64,000 nt of DNA from Dimorphilus gyrociliatus (GCA_904063045.1 CAJFCJ010000025.1:434001-498000), one strand, 5' to 3'; counted from the stretch's first letter, positions 1 through 13,349 are shown. The notes: a model not told the origin generated them from the sequence alone. Made by a program: numbers and translations.

Positions 1-353
1 ATGAAAAGTATCACAGTCTTGCAAGCTAATCCTTTGCCTTATTCTTTTTCTACGATCTTTTTTTCTAAAGAAAAGATAAAACTCTATATCCCTCTCTGGT
101 TACGTAACATCGGGACGATTTTCGAACGGGAACTAGGTCAGATAAGAGATGGTTTCCCATTACGGCTCCCAGCGGAGATAGCGTCCCTTTTTTATAACAG
201 ATATGCTGATCTTCCCTTTTTACAAACTGTACGCCCGCCTAATTAAAAAGCGTTCGAAAATCGATAAGCGCTTAGTGCGGGCCGATTTCGTATATAGATA
301 ATCTCGGCCATCTCTTTACCCGAAATTTCCACTGATAACTGTCTGTTTTTCAG

Positions 354-391
354 ATTCGCCGGTACGCCATGCGGGCAGCCGAGAGCCAACG
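354..391 (+). CDS. Candidate 38-nt upstream exon of the E-protein gene ((D)SPVRHAGSREPT, phase 1 in, phase 0 out)
   Basis: Acceptor ctgataactgtctgtttttcag| and donor ACG|gtaagc. The phase-0 exit would join exon 11108. No homology recognised. Confidence 0.4.
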
Positions 392-630
392 GTAAGCGGG
401 TGTTTGTCAGTTATTGTTGTTTGGCAGAAAGTATGAGTATCCGAAAAAAGAGTAATTGCACAAAATTTTTTGTTAATCCTTATATCAAACATTATTTGTT
501 TGTGAGAAAAATTGAGGTAAAGAAAGGAGTGATGGAATGAGAATGAGAGAGATCTGTAAAACGGTGTATAGTAGGGAGGTGATGTGAATCAGTCGAGATT
601 CTGGAGTGTTGTGTTGTATTTCGGATGGAA

Positions 631-817
631 CATGTGTCTAGATACGTTCCAGAAAGCACATGTGTTACTGTTCAAAGACATCTGTCGCTTTTCACGAATA
701 CTACAGCCGTCTCTAGACGCTTTAGTGATGCTTGATTCTAGGGTTATGGTTATTAAAAGCCGCCTACGTTGTGCAATCTCTACAAACCTGACCCAGTTTG
801 TAGTCGAGGCGCAGATG
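631..817. promoter_or_regulatory. E-box cluster
   Basis: CATGTG 631, CACATG/CATGTG 657-664, CATCTG 679 and CAGATG 812 in a GC-richer island. Confidence 0.35.
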
Positions 818-2900
818 TTCGTAGACATTCTTGACTTTTAACTGAAAAGCCTAAAGAGAAGAGTAGAGCGGAAACGACTATATGCAACCGTATCTATTTT
901 AGTTTTTAGATATGTCTCGAAAAGTCATCCACAGCCCGACTATTCCCTAATTTAATTACAAGAATTAGCTAATTCAGCATTTACGTCCAACTAAATCAAT
1001 AGGCTTTCTATTTATTAAATTAACTACTAACTTGTCACGTGATCAGTTTATACAATCGATTAAGCAATCAACATATCTTATACCAGGAAAATTATAAATA
1101 TTTTGGATAAATAGTTCTCATTTCTATAGCTTAAAAGTCATATCTCTTATCTCTTCAATTTCCATCTGTGTAATTATTTTTATTCTATAATTATACATAC
1201 TGCTACTTAAGAATTAAACTCCTTTCTCTCGAAATGATTATCTCATTAAACGAGTATTTTTCGAACCTGTCGTTGTTCATTATGTTCAACTTGGCTATTT
1301 TGTAATAATTTAAACTTATGCAACAAAGAAAATGGCTGTTTAGAAGACAAATCGCGATACTCTTTAATGACGTCACAGCCGGAAAGTAACTAATCCCATC
1401 CCTCCCATTGTAACCCTTTTTCATATTTGAGAGCAAGGCTGAGACTTTAGGAAACGGAAGAACAACTCAGAAACGAGAAGTTCTTTTTTTTGACATTTTA
1501 GGAACAAAGGAGGAGAGAAATATACCTTCAGGCAAAGTCTGTGAAATTTGAAACGACGACCCCCCCCTCTCTTAACGACCTCGAGTGTCGTAAAGTAATA
1601 AAGATTGGCGAATCGTCGAAAATTGTTTAATAGTACTTTCCGTAATATAGGCGACTCGAATATTGAATGGCCGAGCAACAGCTGCAATTTTGCAGATGCC
1701 GTTCGTCGATGAGAGCGGCGCATCTGGAACGCATCGATCCGCCAATCGGTAGCAGAGTTTCGCAAAGACTCTTTCCGGCTTTATCTTATTGCCGTTGATG
1801 AGTTATAGTAGAAGTTCGGGCCTGTTTTTACTTGACTCTTTCCCTTCTTTTATTTTGGAATATGTCTATGTAAATTACCTTATCCAACTGCCACAAAATA
1901 TTCCAATACCAGCTGATGAATTATAGACGCAGGCCTTATTAGTCCATTTTTTTATTGCAGCTATTGCTGATAACTAGCCAAAATTCACTTGCTGTTGTTA
2001 ACGGGTTAGAGTAGCTCATTTACAGTTTTTTTATTGCAATTGTTGCAGCTTTCCCTCTTTTCCTTATAATATATAAAAAGTTAGAATTTATGATTTTTTG
2101 CAATGCTAATAACTCTTAGGATTATAAGCTTAGGCATTTTATTCGAAATAGGAGATAAATATAGGATGCAAGTACAGCTTTATTACAAGTACTGTTTTGT
2201 TTAAGAGATAATTGGTCATGGCAGTTGATGGAGATTTTGTATAGTCGCTTAATCTTATTGCAAATGATAAACCAAATTTAGGAATATAAAAAGAGAAGCT
2301 AGTTTCTATCTGCAGCACTTAAACAAGTTTACTGTCTATCAGGTCTTTTCTCAAATTTTTAGGATGTGATAAGGGAAGAGTAGATTTCTGTATAATATAG
2401 AAAACATTATATACTTTAATATACAGTACTTTTATTAAATAGAAATCAAGTGTCACGCTATTTCTTAACTAATTAAATTTATAGTATTTAAGTTTTGTAA
2501 AGAAAATAATTTTTCACTTGTCAATGGATTTGTATTTATTTTCTTTTTTCTCCCTCAAAATGTTTATTATGAATATACGAAAGATAATTGAAAAGAGCTT
2601 ATTGCGATAAGGCTTTGGTATGTTTGCTTATGAAAACTATATATATATATATATATATGTTTAGGCATATTTTATATTTAGTAGTCGCACTTTTTTATGG
2701 TTATCCGTTTTTCTATATCAATAATTGAGTCTAGCTATTTGACTGTTTATTGAATGTTGCTACAGACATTTAGGCAGATTGATCATATTCCATTTGATGA
2801 GTTGTACAATAGGCCTCTAACTCTGCCTTTTCTGTTTGTTCGATGTTAGCTCCGCCTTCGAGTCGTAATTGGCTCTTGCAGATTGTTGCAGAGATTTCTG

Positions 2901-3081
2901 CAGCTGCAGCCCTCGCACAGCCTTTTGCAGGTGTCTATACACCTGTCCAGATGCTATAAGACGCTTCTGACAAACAGTTGAGAAATTCCTTAGGTTCAAA
3001 AAGACAAGCCAAGAGTCTCTTACCCAGTTCCATCCCGGACAAAAAAAAGAAAAACATCTGCGTTTGCGGTAGAGGCAGGTG
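2901..3081. promoter_or_regulatory. Dense E-box cluster (7 CANNTG), putative bHLH enhancer
   Basis: CAGCTG 2901, CAGGTG 2928, CACCTG 2940, CAGATG 2948, CAGTTG 2975, CATCTG 3056, CAGGTG 3076. Includes the inverted repeat CAGGTGT-ctat-ACACCTG (2928-2945). Confidence 0.5.
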
Positions 3082-4485
3082 TTTTTCGGCTCGTACGGGA
3101 TTTACATCGCTTTTGGAAAGCGTCGCTTAATGAATTGTAAAAGAATTGCTTGGGTAGAAAATCGAAATTTGACGCGTGCATTCGAGCGAAACGTCTCGAG
3201 AACGTGACAGCAACGTTTTGTTCAACGACGCTTGAACAGTGTCCCCCTTTGAAAAAAATTGATGGCGGAGGGCGGTTGACAAATCCGGGTGAAAAACGAC
3301 AACGCACCGAAAAAGCGTTTTTTCTCTCCTCACTGTTTGTTTTTCCCTCTTTGCTTTCGGGCGGCGGAATCGTTTGAACTTTGAACGTGCGTCGAGTTTG
3401 TCATTAGGCTGAGCGTTTTTTTGTCGGCGTTGACCGATCGGCTCAGATCAAAAGAACTGCCGTTTTTTAATTACGGAGTTTTATCTTTGGAACGAGATCC
3501 TTGGTGTTTAGTAGCTGTATGAAATTTCAACTCGATTTATTGCCTTAATGACACGTTTGCGTCTAAATGGAACGAACGACATTGGTAGATGGGCGTGTCT
3601 ATACGATTAGTCTCCTTAAAATGTGAATAAGAGGAGTTATGAGGATAAGGGTAAAAGGATAGCGAGTCGTAGCTCTCTTTTAGACATTTGCCCTTTCGTT
3701 CTCATTTCAGGGGAGAAGAAAGACTTTGAAATGAGAAGCCGTTGTTGTATTTGTAATGTTAATAGAATTAGATATACGGCTGTCTTTTCGTTGTAGTGTA
3801 TATCTGAGTAAGCAACTCTTAACAGGACATTTTTATGGCAGTTGTGCTCTTCGTCTTTAGCTATTAGATTTCTTTTTAAAATTTATCATCCTAAATAGTA
3901 GAAAATGACTTCTTGGACAATTGCCAGAATACACTGCCCCATTTATTTTCTCCGTTTCAATTCCCAAATTGATCATCTCTCCTTTAAAAACAAAAGTAAA
4001 GGCTATTTAAAAATTTATCTAACTATAAGAAAATAGTAGACTTTTATTAAAGATATCATAATTAGGATAGTGTATAAGACTTAACATTCTTTTCCAATTC
4101 TTATTGCAGTTAATGGATTTTTACAATTAACATTTTGAGAGAAGGGTAGGCTGGATTATTTCCTGTTTGATGAATAATCATCGTTGTTGGCTGTATAATT
4201 GAATTAGACTTAAAAAGCGTTTAGCATCTTTCTCTCTTTTTTTATATAACAGAAAAAGAACATCTGAATATTTTTGTATTTTACAAAAAATTACTGAACA
4301 AGTAAATTCGTAAATTTTACTCCACCAAGTATTTAGATGTATATAATGTACAGTAGCTTGTTGTACTAGATGACGCCCAAGTAGAATTTTAGATTGTACG
4401 AAGCGACATCTACCGACTGAAAGTAAATAATACCTTAAAACTTTCCCTAAAATGTCGTGTCACGAAATCGCTTTCCAACCGTGAC

Positions 4486-4727
4486 GGCGTCGACGTCCGA
4501 CGCCATTTTTCTCAGTGAATTCGGAAACGGTAAATCGTTTCCCCTTTGTGTTTTCCTGAATTCGTAAACAAAGTTAGGCTGTTTGACACATAAACAAAGC
4601 TCGACTTAGTGTAAACAGACGAGCTTTTAATGCGCGTAGCCGAACGTCCTTAATTAAGCCTGCGTAAAAAACGCGGACGCCCCACATTTTTTTTACTGCA
4701 CCACCCGGTAATTAATTGCCGATAGAA
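4486..4727. promoter_or_regulatory. CpG-rich regulatory island
   Basis: GGCGTCG/CGACGCC inverted repeat 4486-4504, YY1-like CGCCATTTT 4501, three RTAAACA forkhead motifs (4564, 4590, 4611), TAATTAATTG homeodomain-type site. Confidence 0.45.
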
Positions 4728-5326
4728 GGATAAGAAGGGTGCTTAAGAGAAAAGCGAATTTGCTGTCAAAGTTTTATGCCCCTCTCCTAAAACTTAGCGT
4801 CAGTTACATAGTCTTTGTTCATTTTCAGAATATTTCGTATTTTCTCCTTTTCTTATAGTATCGCAGCAGTAGCTGTAAGTACGAGAGGATTTTCAATGTA
4901 GAAGAGAAAGAAATTAGAGTAAATCTCATTGAATCTATTGATAGCTAGCAGATGTAAAAATCCCTTAATTATGAAATATCAGATTTAATCTCTACAATAT
5001 AGCCATAATTACAAGAAATCCAATTATATTAAATTCTAATTGGAAAGAATGGTTTTACCACTACAAAAGAAAAATAGAAGAAATATAATAAAAGAACCTT
5101 GTTTAACATTTCAAATTCTCATTATTACAAATAGCCAATAATTTACATTTAATTGGTAAACAGAATCAAAAACAGTTTTTGAAAAGTGATCTTTATTTAT
5201 ATCATTCTTGATCTTTTTATGTTACCGAATTGACCGTTGGAAATTGAATTATTTATTTATGTTAGGCCTAGTTGAGAAATTTATGTTCTTTCGGTTTATA
5301 GCAATAAAATACTAAAAGTGAGAGAA

Positions 5327-5330
<4 letters not shown>

Positions 5331-5370
<40 letters not shown>
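5331..5370 (+). repeat. (GA)20 microsatellite
   Basis: Perfect dinucleotide run. Confidence 0.97.
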
Positions 5371-5374
<4 letters not shown>

Positions 5375-7525
5375 GAGAATGGAATCTTGATAGGTGGGGG
5401 TAAAAAAGCAAAAAAAGGTCAAATTGTATTGTTGTAAATGACTCGTAAATTTAAGACAAGTTCCCCTTAAATATATCACTAGCAGAGTAATTATAATGGC
5501 ACTTCTATAAATTATTCAATAGGTAAGTACTTTAATCTTGGAATAAAATTAAGATGAGGCCTGTCTAAAAAGTTATAAGACTATGGACAAGATACAAATG
5601 TAGATGGCCATATAAACTTAATCTACTTAACTACATCTAAAAAGTTCCTTTTAATTATCCAAGTAAAACCAAAGCCGAATACTTAGGCTGACTGATCTGG
5701 AACAATTCATCACGTGACTAATTTCTAGTTCAAATACTTTTTTTTCCTAAAGTTCCCGTCAATTAAGCAAAAGTGCCAAAAAACAACTTTGTGTCCTATT
5801 TTTATCGTGTACCACTCCGTAATTAATTGCCTGATAGAAAAAGGGGCGAAGTAGCGGCTAATTTTCGCCAAGTTCGCCATCTTCAAGGAATGTTTTAGCG
5901 GCGGTTTATCACGTTGATCTGCGTAAAAAGGGCGGAGAATTCCTTTGATCTGCCCAGATACAATCTAGACGCGTTTCACAGACGCCTAGTCGACAAGGCT
6001 TAATTGCCCGATTAATATAGGAGAAAGTTGGAAATTTCGTACTTTATTTGTATTAACTGGGGAACATATGATGTGGGAAAAAAATGAAAGTCTTATTTTT
6101 TCATATGTCTATCAGGTTAAGTGTGAAAAAAGGTATTGTTTGGCGCAAACTTTCAAGCTTATACTGTTTTTTTTGCCATTTCTGCCAGTGAAGTTTTTTT
6201 TTATTCTTTTACTACTTTACTTTTACCCTCATCCTCCGTACCTCCTTAACCTACTAAACTAGTAAAGTTATTATGCTAATTTATTACATCCTTTTTTTAA
6301 AATTGCGTGTTTTATAGGCTAAGAAATGGTCATTGTTTAGTATTTAAAAACCTTTTAAGAGAATAATGCAGGACAGGTCTTTTAATAGTATAGAGTTGAA
6401 TTTCCAATGAAATTTATTGCCCCTTTCAAGCTTTAATTAACAGCCGCCTACTCATTTTACTATTCTTCTCAATAGTATGTTATTTTACTTTGAAATCCAC
6501 TATTGTTCTCCCAAACTTGTAATAAGTATTGTTTATTTTAGAATGTATAATTCTTTAGAGATACACGCTTTCGTCGCTTTATGCAAATAAGATTAGCTAT
6601 ATTTAAGATGGGCTTCTCTAAGGCGTTTGGTTTAATATTCTCATCACATTTTTTTCAATTAAAAGAATGAAATAATTCAAATAAAATTATTTGAATTGAA
6701 TGTATTGAATGTCAAGGGTACTTAATCTTTTTAATATATTTCGACTTTAATAGAATTGTAAATAGTTTGGTTTTTGTTATGAAATGCGTCTATAGTCTTG
6801 TTGGTATAGCTCTTATAGTTCAAGCACTTGTTATTTTCTTGGCAATTTTATTGAAGGAAGTCCTATCTCTTCATATATCTATTTAGCTATCCTTTATATT
6901 TTACAAACTTGAGGTGTGAACGGTCGTATCCCAATATAATTTATGATCACGTGTACTGTTTTTTTTGGATACTATTGTTAGATTTCTTACTCAAAAGAGA
7001 AAGATAGATAAATAGATAGCATATTTGTAAATAGCTTGAAAGAAATATGCACGAGATAAAGAAAAGAGGTTAATAATTAATCGTAATATATATAACATTT
7101 TAAGAAGGGTATTAAACAGCCGACCTCTGACCGATTCTATAGTGCTAAGCGTGTGTTGTTAGCAACATCGAGCGGTTGATTAAACAATTCTTCGTAATTC
7201 AGAAGATGCTTTATAGTAAGAGTGAACAATGAATTTGGGAGGAGTGAGAAGGGAGGGGGTACGTAGTTAGGTGGTTAGATGAATTTAAAGAGGCAGAATG
7301 AAAATTGACGATTGAGGCGAAAAAAAGGGAGGGTAAGATGTAACAAGTCATCATTATAAGAACTAATTATCATAAAAAAAAATGCTCATTGTACGCGTAA
7401 TACAACAACTTTTATGACTCTACAGAAAAGAGTTTAGGAACGGTAATTTCTCGCTGTAAACGTGTCAAGAGCATTAAAAACTGGCGAAATTAATTTACTC
7501 GATTGACAGCGCGTCGTTAACCGTG

Positions 7526-7605
7526 TGACGTCATCGTATTGATGAACACAATACCGGTCGTGTGTCATTCTTGGCAGGCTGTGTGACGTCATCCGGATGA
7601 CGTCA
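7526..7605. promoter_or_regulatory. Triple full CRE (TGACGTCA) cluster with a 22-bp perfect palindrome
   Basis: TGACGTCA at 7526, 7584 and 7598. 7584-7605 reads TGACGTCATCCGGATGACGTCA. Confidence 0.65.
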
Positions 7606-9306
7606 TTTTACGGCGGTATTATTCCCCAAACCTCCGGGGCTATTTCGCGGGATATAGTGTTCGCTTGTAATTGGAAAAGAAATGGAAATGTTATCGAATT
7701 ACAGCCAATTTATTGACTAACTCATGATAGTACGTATCTTGGGATTAGGTGAAATGTTTAAACATCGGGTAATATAATTGTACATTGACAATATTTTATT
7801 ATAAGGTGTAGCATATTCCATAAATATTGTCCTTGAGCTATAAATACTTTAACCTAACTTTTCCAAAGAGAAAAGTCTTTTTCATCGTTCATATTTAGTT
7901 GTTTCATTCTTAAAGTATTAAATAATGTATTGGAAACGTTTTTAAAAGAACTGACTGGAAAAATATTCAATGAGGAAAACTTACGCCGAGAAAGTTTACA
8001 TATAATAAATAACGTTACGTGAATTAATTACAATAGGAAAAGAAAACTGGGTGGGATTAGATGTAACCGCTCATGAATAATTGTCTCAATAAGCTGTCAT
8101 CTTTCTTAATCTTTGTATTTTTGTTATTTTGACACCTTACTAATTCAGTACGACCGGCTTCCTATTCTCCCTTGTCAATTCTACCTAGCACTTTCAAAAG
8201 CATTGTCGCTTTATCTTTTTATCTATTTTATTCAAAACAACTGCCCGCTGATTAGTATTAAGCCTATTCGTATGCTGCTGGATAATTGTTTGCATTTATG
8301 GATTTAGATTTAATCTATTGATTTTTTTCGCCCAATTAATAAAAAAACACTATTTTCCAATGATTATCGGGAAGATGACCGCAACCGATGAATAATCGTC
8401 AAAAAATTGCCTTAAATGCAAAATAAAAAAAGAAGCTTTGAACTGAATACATAATGAAAAGATTAAGGAGAATCAATTATGCTTATTTTATGTTTTTGCT
8501 CTCCTATTAAGCGTCCAGTTTGGTAATATAATAGATAATTAACACCTTAGATGATAAATTCTAGTCGAATGTATGGGAAACAAAAAAAAGAAGTAACCAA
8601 CTTTTCTGTTAGGAAAAGGAAAAGAGATGCAATAAAAAAAAAGTATTGGGAAGAGATAATCTTGTATATTATTCAGATTTGTACCTCTATCTAGGGTACT
8701 AATAATTAAGAGTTAACAGAATTAAATGATGGAATTAAATGAAGAATGATAGTAATTAATAAGTGGAACATTGTTAGAAATAATGTAATTTACATGAAAA
8801 CAAAACAAAAAAAGGAAAAAAATTATTCGCTAGCGTTAAAAGCGGGGTACCCTAATGAGAGGGGGCAGTCGGCGTCTTTGTGTTGTAAAAGATGAAAAGC
8901 GTTCGGACTCGACCGTCGTCACATTCCGTAAACAGGAACGAATTGAAAATGTAAATTGTACTCTTTTCCCGCGGCACGCGCGTCTCAGAACAAAGAGAAC
9001 AAAATTTTTTTTCTGTCTAAAAAAGAAAAAAACCGGAGCAAACAACCCAAACTACGTTTAGTTTTGCAGCTGTTTTCCTCATCAATTTCTACGGCCGTAT
9101 TCCGGACGTTGTATACGCACTATTAAATAACCGTAATAAAAATTTTTTCTGTATGGGCAAAGAAATAATATAGCGGATTGACTCGAAAGCAGGATAAAAA
9201 GAATAGAAAAGCATCGGGATAGGGAAGAAAAATATCTAAAATGAGAGTTGAGATAGAGTAGCATTTAGGGTCAAGTGCATGATTAGAGCGGCGTAAATTG
9301 TCTACT

Positions 9307-9405
9307 GCGCACCTGAGTCGTCGACGGAGACGCCTATATGATTCGTTTTGGGAAAGAAACGTCTCTTTCTCGACAAGGCATCACGTGACAGAGGCTCAGG
9401 TGCGT
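9307..9405 (+). other. Multi-stem hairpin, candidate structured RNA element
   Basis: 13-bp outer stem (9307-9319/9393-9405), 5-bp stem (9320-9324/9370-9374) and 7-bp stem (9326-9332/9360-9366). All three non-Watson-Crick pairs are G-U on the + strand. Confidence 0.45.
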
Positions 9406-10293
9406 TTCACCTTCCAATTTTCCGTCTACTGCAAATCCTTAATTTGTAGGGAAAAGACAGAAAGTGAAAGATAAATAGACAGAAAGAGAGAAACAAGGGT
9501 AAAGAAGAAAAAACATTTTCAACGGAGAGAAAATATATAAATGAGAACAATGTATAGAGTTTGTCGCTTATTTTAAATACTATTTGACATCGCAGTATGC
9601 GAGTTCTTTGCGCGTTTGTCGCGTACCTCGAATATTTGTTGATATTGGAACAGACGGACGCGTGTTTTAGATATTTGGACAAAAATTTATGGGATGTCAA
9701 TTTTATGTTAGACAACTGCGTTGTTTAGTCAACTAATGTTTCTATAGGGGCTTTTTTATTTTTTTCATATCTGAACTATCTATTCATAATTTTTTTTTAA
9801 AATAACATCATTAGAATAATAATAAGACGTATTCTTTATTTAATGATATTTTTTATTTAAAATGGTTGGAAATTCATATCAAACAATTGTGTAATTGGAC
9901 GAAATGAAATTAAAAATGTCTTAGGGAACTCGCTCCAACTGCAGTAATGTGTATAATTTAATTTATCTAATAGTCACCATTTTCGTTTGTTCTTTCTTCC
10001 AATTCTATAACTCTGTAATATATCGTTCATTCTAAAAATATATACAGTATTTATTCTGTATTTCTATCGCTGCAAAAATTGGTTATGTTAATTATTTTTT
10101 GAATATTTTCCCACTTTTAAACTTCTCATATGATGGTTAAGATCTTTGTAAGGATTTGTAGAGAAGCAACTTTACTCTTGTGGAAAATTATATGATTGAG
10201 CTTAAGGCGTCACTAGGCGTCACATTAGAGCGTTATTCGCGTGACTCTGTCCGAGCATCTCGCCTTTGCATGTCACTAAAGTCAGTCCCCGGT

Positions 10294-10359
10294 ATGGATT
10301 CGATGGCGCTCTATCAGAAATGGATTTACTTCTATGGTCCTCAATTCTATTTGCATCAC
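10294..10359 (+). CDS. Candidate alternative first coding exon of the E-protein (MDSMALYQKWIYFYGPQFYLHH)
   Basis: Inr-like TCAGTC at 10282, ATG at 10294, perfect donor CAC|gtaagt at 10360. Phase 0 matches acceptors 11108 and 17999. Confidence 0.5.
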
Positions 10360-11107
10360 GTAAGTGTTGCGGAAAGATACCTTATTTTGGGGCTTCCTTA
10401 AATAAACTAAGTAGTCTGTTTAAGGAATTAAGTTAGTTTCAGTTAGCGTGTTTGTGCTTAATACTTAATCCTAAATACTGCTAATATTAGAGCTTATTTT
10501 ACAGATAAGAGGCAACATTTTGTCTTACTATAATATCTTAGGAAAAGGAAAATTTTCTTCTAAGTAAATCATATAACTTTTTATTTCGATACTAGACATA
10601 CGTTGAATGTAAATTCATATGGCTTTAATTCGTAAAAATTATTACCTCACTTCGTCTGTATTCAATAAGGAAATAGCTTTAATCAAAATTATATTATTAT
10701 AATCCTATTCATCATCTTCATCAAGAATTTGACATCAAAACAGCAATAATGTTGTTAATCCGTGAAGAATAACGACTATAATCCACCTATATACCCGCAT
10801 ATATACGTAGCATGGTTAAAATGTGTGAACGTTGTTGATTTTCCACGGCTATTTTAACAGATGTGGAGACGTTTATTACTATCGACGTCTGTCCCAATAC
10901 TAGAATAATTGTTACTTGAAGGAAATAGTAAGATGTTTCTCATAGGCCTATCTGTAAATGATGATATGTCGCATGAATGAAATCTTTTACGTGTTTTGTT
11001 AACTTTTTATTTTATGACAAAAAAGAATATTTTCGTAAACTCTCGTTTATCTTTTAACTGACTAATGGTTTTTTTTCTCTCTCCTCGTCCTTCTTTAACA
11101 TCAATAG

Positions 11108-12155
11108 AGGATGGTAGCGAGCAACAACATATCTCCGAAACACGGCCCACATTCGCCATATTATCACGCTCCTTCATCCGACATTCGAACTAATGGTACT
11201 ATAAAATATTCGGAGGCTAGACAACGACGGAAAAGTGGCTCGGTGAGTAATTATTAGTAGTCTCAAATAGTGTGAGCTAAAGAATTAATGAATCGAACAT
11301 TTTTAAAACGCGAATCGAATAGGCTGAATGAGTTGAATTGATGAACAACATCTGTTCGAGTCATATTTGACTTGTGCGTAGTAAGGTTGCCAAGCAACCG
11401 TTTTTTAATGTTTATTTTACGGTCGTTCGTTTTTCTATTTTGAAAAATATTTACTACTCGGATCAGGGTTCAAGAAAACCTTAGGGCTCCTTTTCATTCC
11501 ATCTTTAATATCTTTTCCTACAAAGCTTACCAGTTCGTTTAGCCGTTAACATCGGCATATGATTACTTTCGGTTGCGTTCAGCCATCCACGTGCAATGTA
11601 CGTAGGGGAAAATGATACGATAAAGAATCCTTTTCTTATCAATTAAAGTCTCGAACTCGAGAAGAATTTTTTTAAGAAAACTAATAGAACAATTTATAAC
11701 CTAAAATATTTACAACAGAAAAGGCTAATCTGTGCCAATTAATCATTTTTTTTAATTATCACATCCTAGTTACATATTGCAAATGAAAAAACATAAACGA
11801 AAGCCAGAATGGTAAAAGGTCGAAGGAAGCAAATAAATATTTTTTGTACGAAATATAAAATAATGTCCCCGAAAATCTACGCCCATTTTTTTCCCGTTCT
11901 TTCTTCTTTTTCCCTCCCCTCGGCTGCCCCCCATACTCAACTCCACCCCTCTCTATCTTTCACCCTCTCAAAACTCCACCTCCTTTATTCTATCAAGCAT
12001 GAAATTTTTTTTGATTTTTTTTTTTTTAACTTTACATCATTCACAATATTTTTAAGATAATTTTTTTCTTTATTACTTTAAAGGAAGATAAGTAAAAAGA
12101 AGTAATTTTTTTTTCTTTTTTGCCCTTTGCCACGTTCAAAAAAATATTGAACAAA

Positions 12156-12201
<46 letters not shown>

Positions 12202-13311
12202 TTTTTAAAGAAACAACTAACAAACTATGTTTAAATGGTAACTATAGTAGAGAGAAAGTTTAATTGAAAAACGTGACAAAAAAAAACGTTTAATTTTTAC
12301 AATCTATATATGCTTATTCAATGTTTTTTTTATATTTTAAACATAAATTTATATAGAGTAAAAAATACTTAAAATCGAATTGAATATATTGAACGAAATA
12401 AGTATATATATAGTCTATTCATATATTGTAATAATTAAATAATGTTTTTTATTCTCCCGCCAAAATTACTTATCTCTTTTTTTGATCTTCTTTTTTTCTT
12501 TTCTCCTACCCGCCTCTCCTCTCCCCTATTTTTTATTACTATCTATTCTATATTTAAAAGAAAGGGATAAGAAAAAAAAGGGAAAAGAAAATCTTGTGGA
12601 AATGAAAAGAAAGAGAGAAAAAGTTATTTAAATATTTTTCAAGTGTTTCCTTTCATTTTTTTAAAATAGGTGGAAAATAAGGAAAGAGATAAGTTTGAAA
12701 CTTTTCCACTTATAGTCATATTTTATATATAAAAGAAAATAATTTACTCAGTTGACTAAGTATCCTTTATAAATAGAAAAATTGATTATTAGTCATAGCG
12801 TTCTTACTTCTAATATCGTTCGCGAATATTCTTCTACCCAATAACATTTAAAAGAGTAAATCTTTAGAAACATATTTATTTAGCTTTAACCGATTACTTT
12901 TGGCTAACTTAATCGTCCCTTTCGCTTATTCGGGGTTGATAAGGCGATTTGTAGAGTATGCTAATAGAAGAGGGGGAGTTGTAGGCCTATGATAGTTTTT
13001 TTTCGGTGGATATGTTAAGTTCATCTAGTTATTTTTTATCGATTGAAGATTTCTTTCTGGTTAAAAAATCACGGGCGAAGGAAAGAGCTTAAATCCAAAA
13101 AGAAATAAAGCCGATAGAGCCGATAGTTTATATATTTATACCAGTTAAGATGTTATATAAATATCGGAATATCTTAGATATTTATGATTTAAATTAGAGA
13201 GAATTTATTAAAAACTGATTCCGATGAATTAATTATATAACAATCTAAAAATTCTCATACTTAAACAAAAGATAGATATATTTATATAAATATACAAGAA
13301 GAGAGAGAGAC

Positions 13312-13349
<38 letters not shown>

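Noticed and set aside
584-841. ORF ending ..VDILDF, superficially like the E-protein AD1 motif DLLDF
   Set aside because: A stop follows immediately, there is no FSAMF-like continuation, and no usable donor is present.
2817-2999. Cys-rich (CIDTCKRLCEGCSCRNLC) and Ala-rich short frames around the E-box cluster
   Set aside because: No start or consistent splice chain; the pattern arises from repeated CAG/CTG E-box words.
5964-5980. Minus-strand GAAACGCGTC resembling a hammerhead 3' half
   Set aside because: No upstream CTGANGA or stem II.
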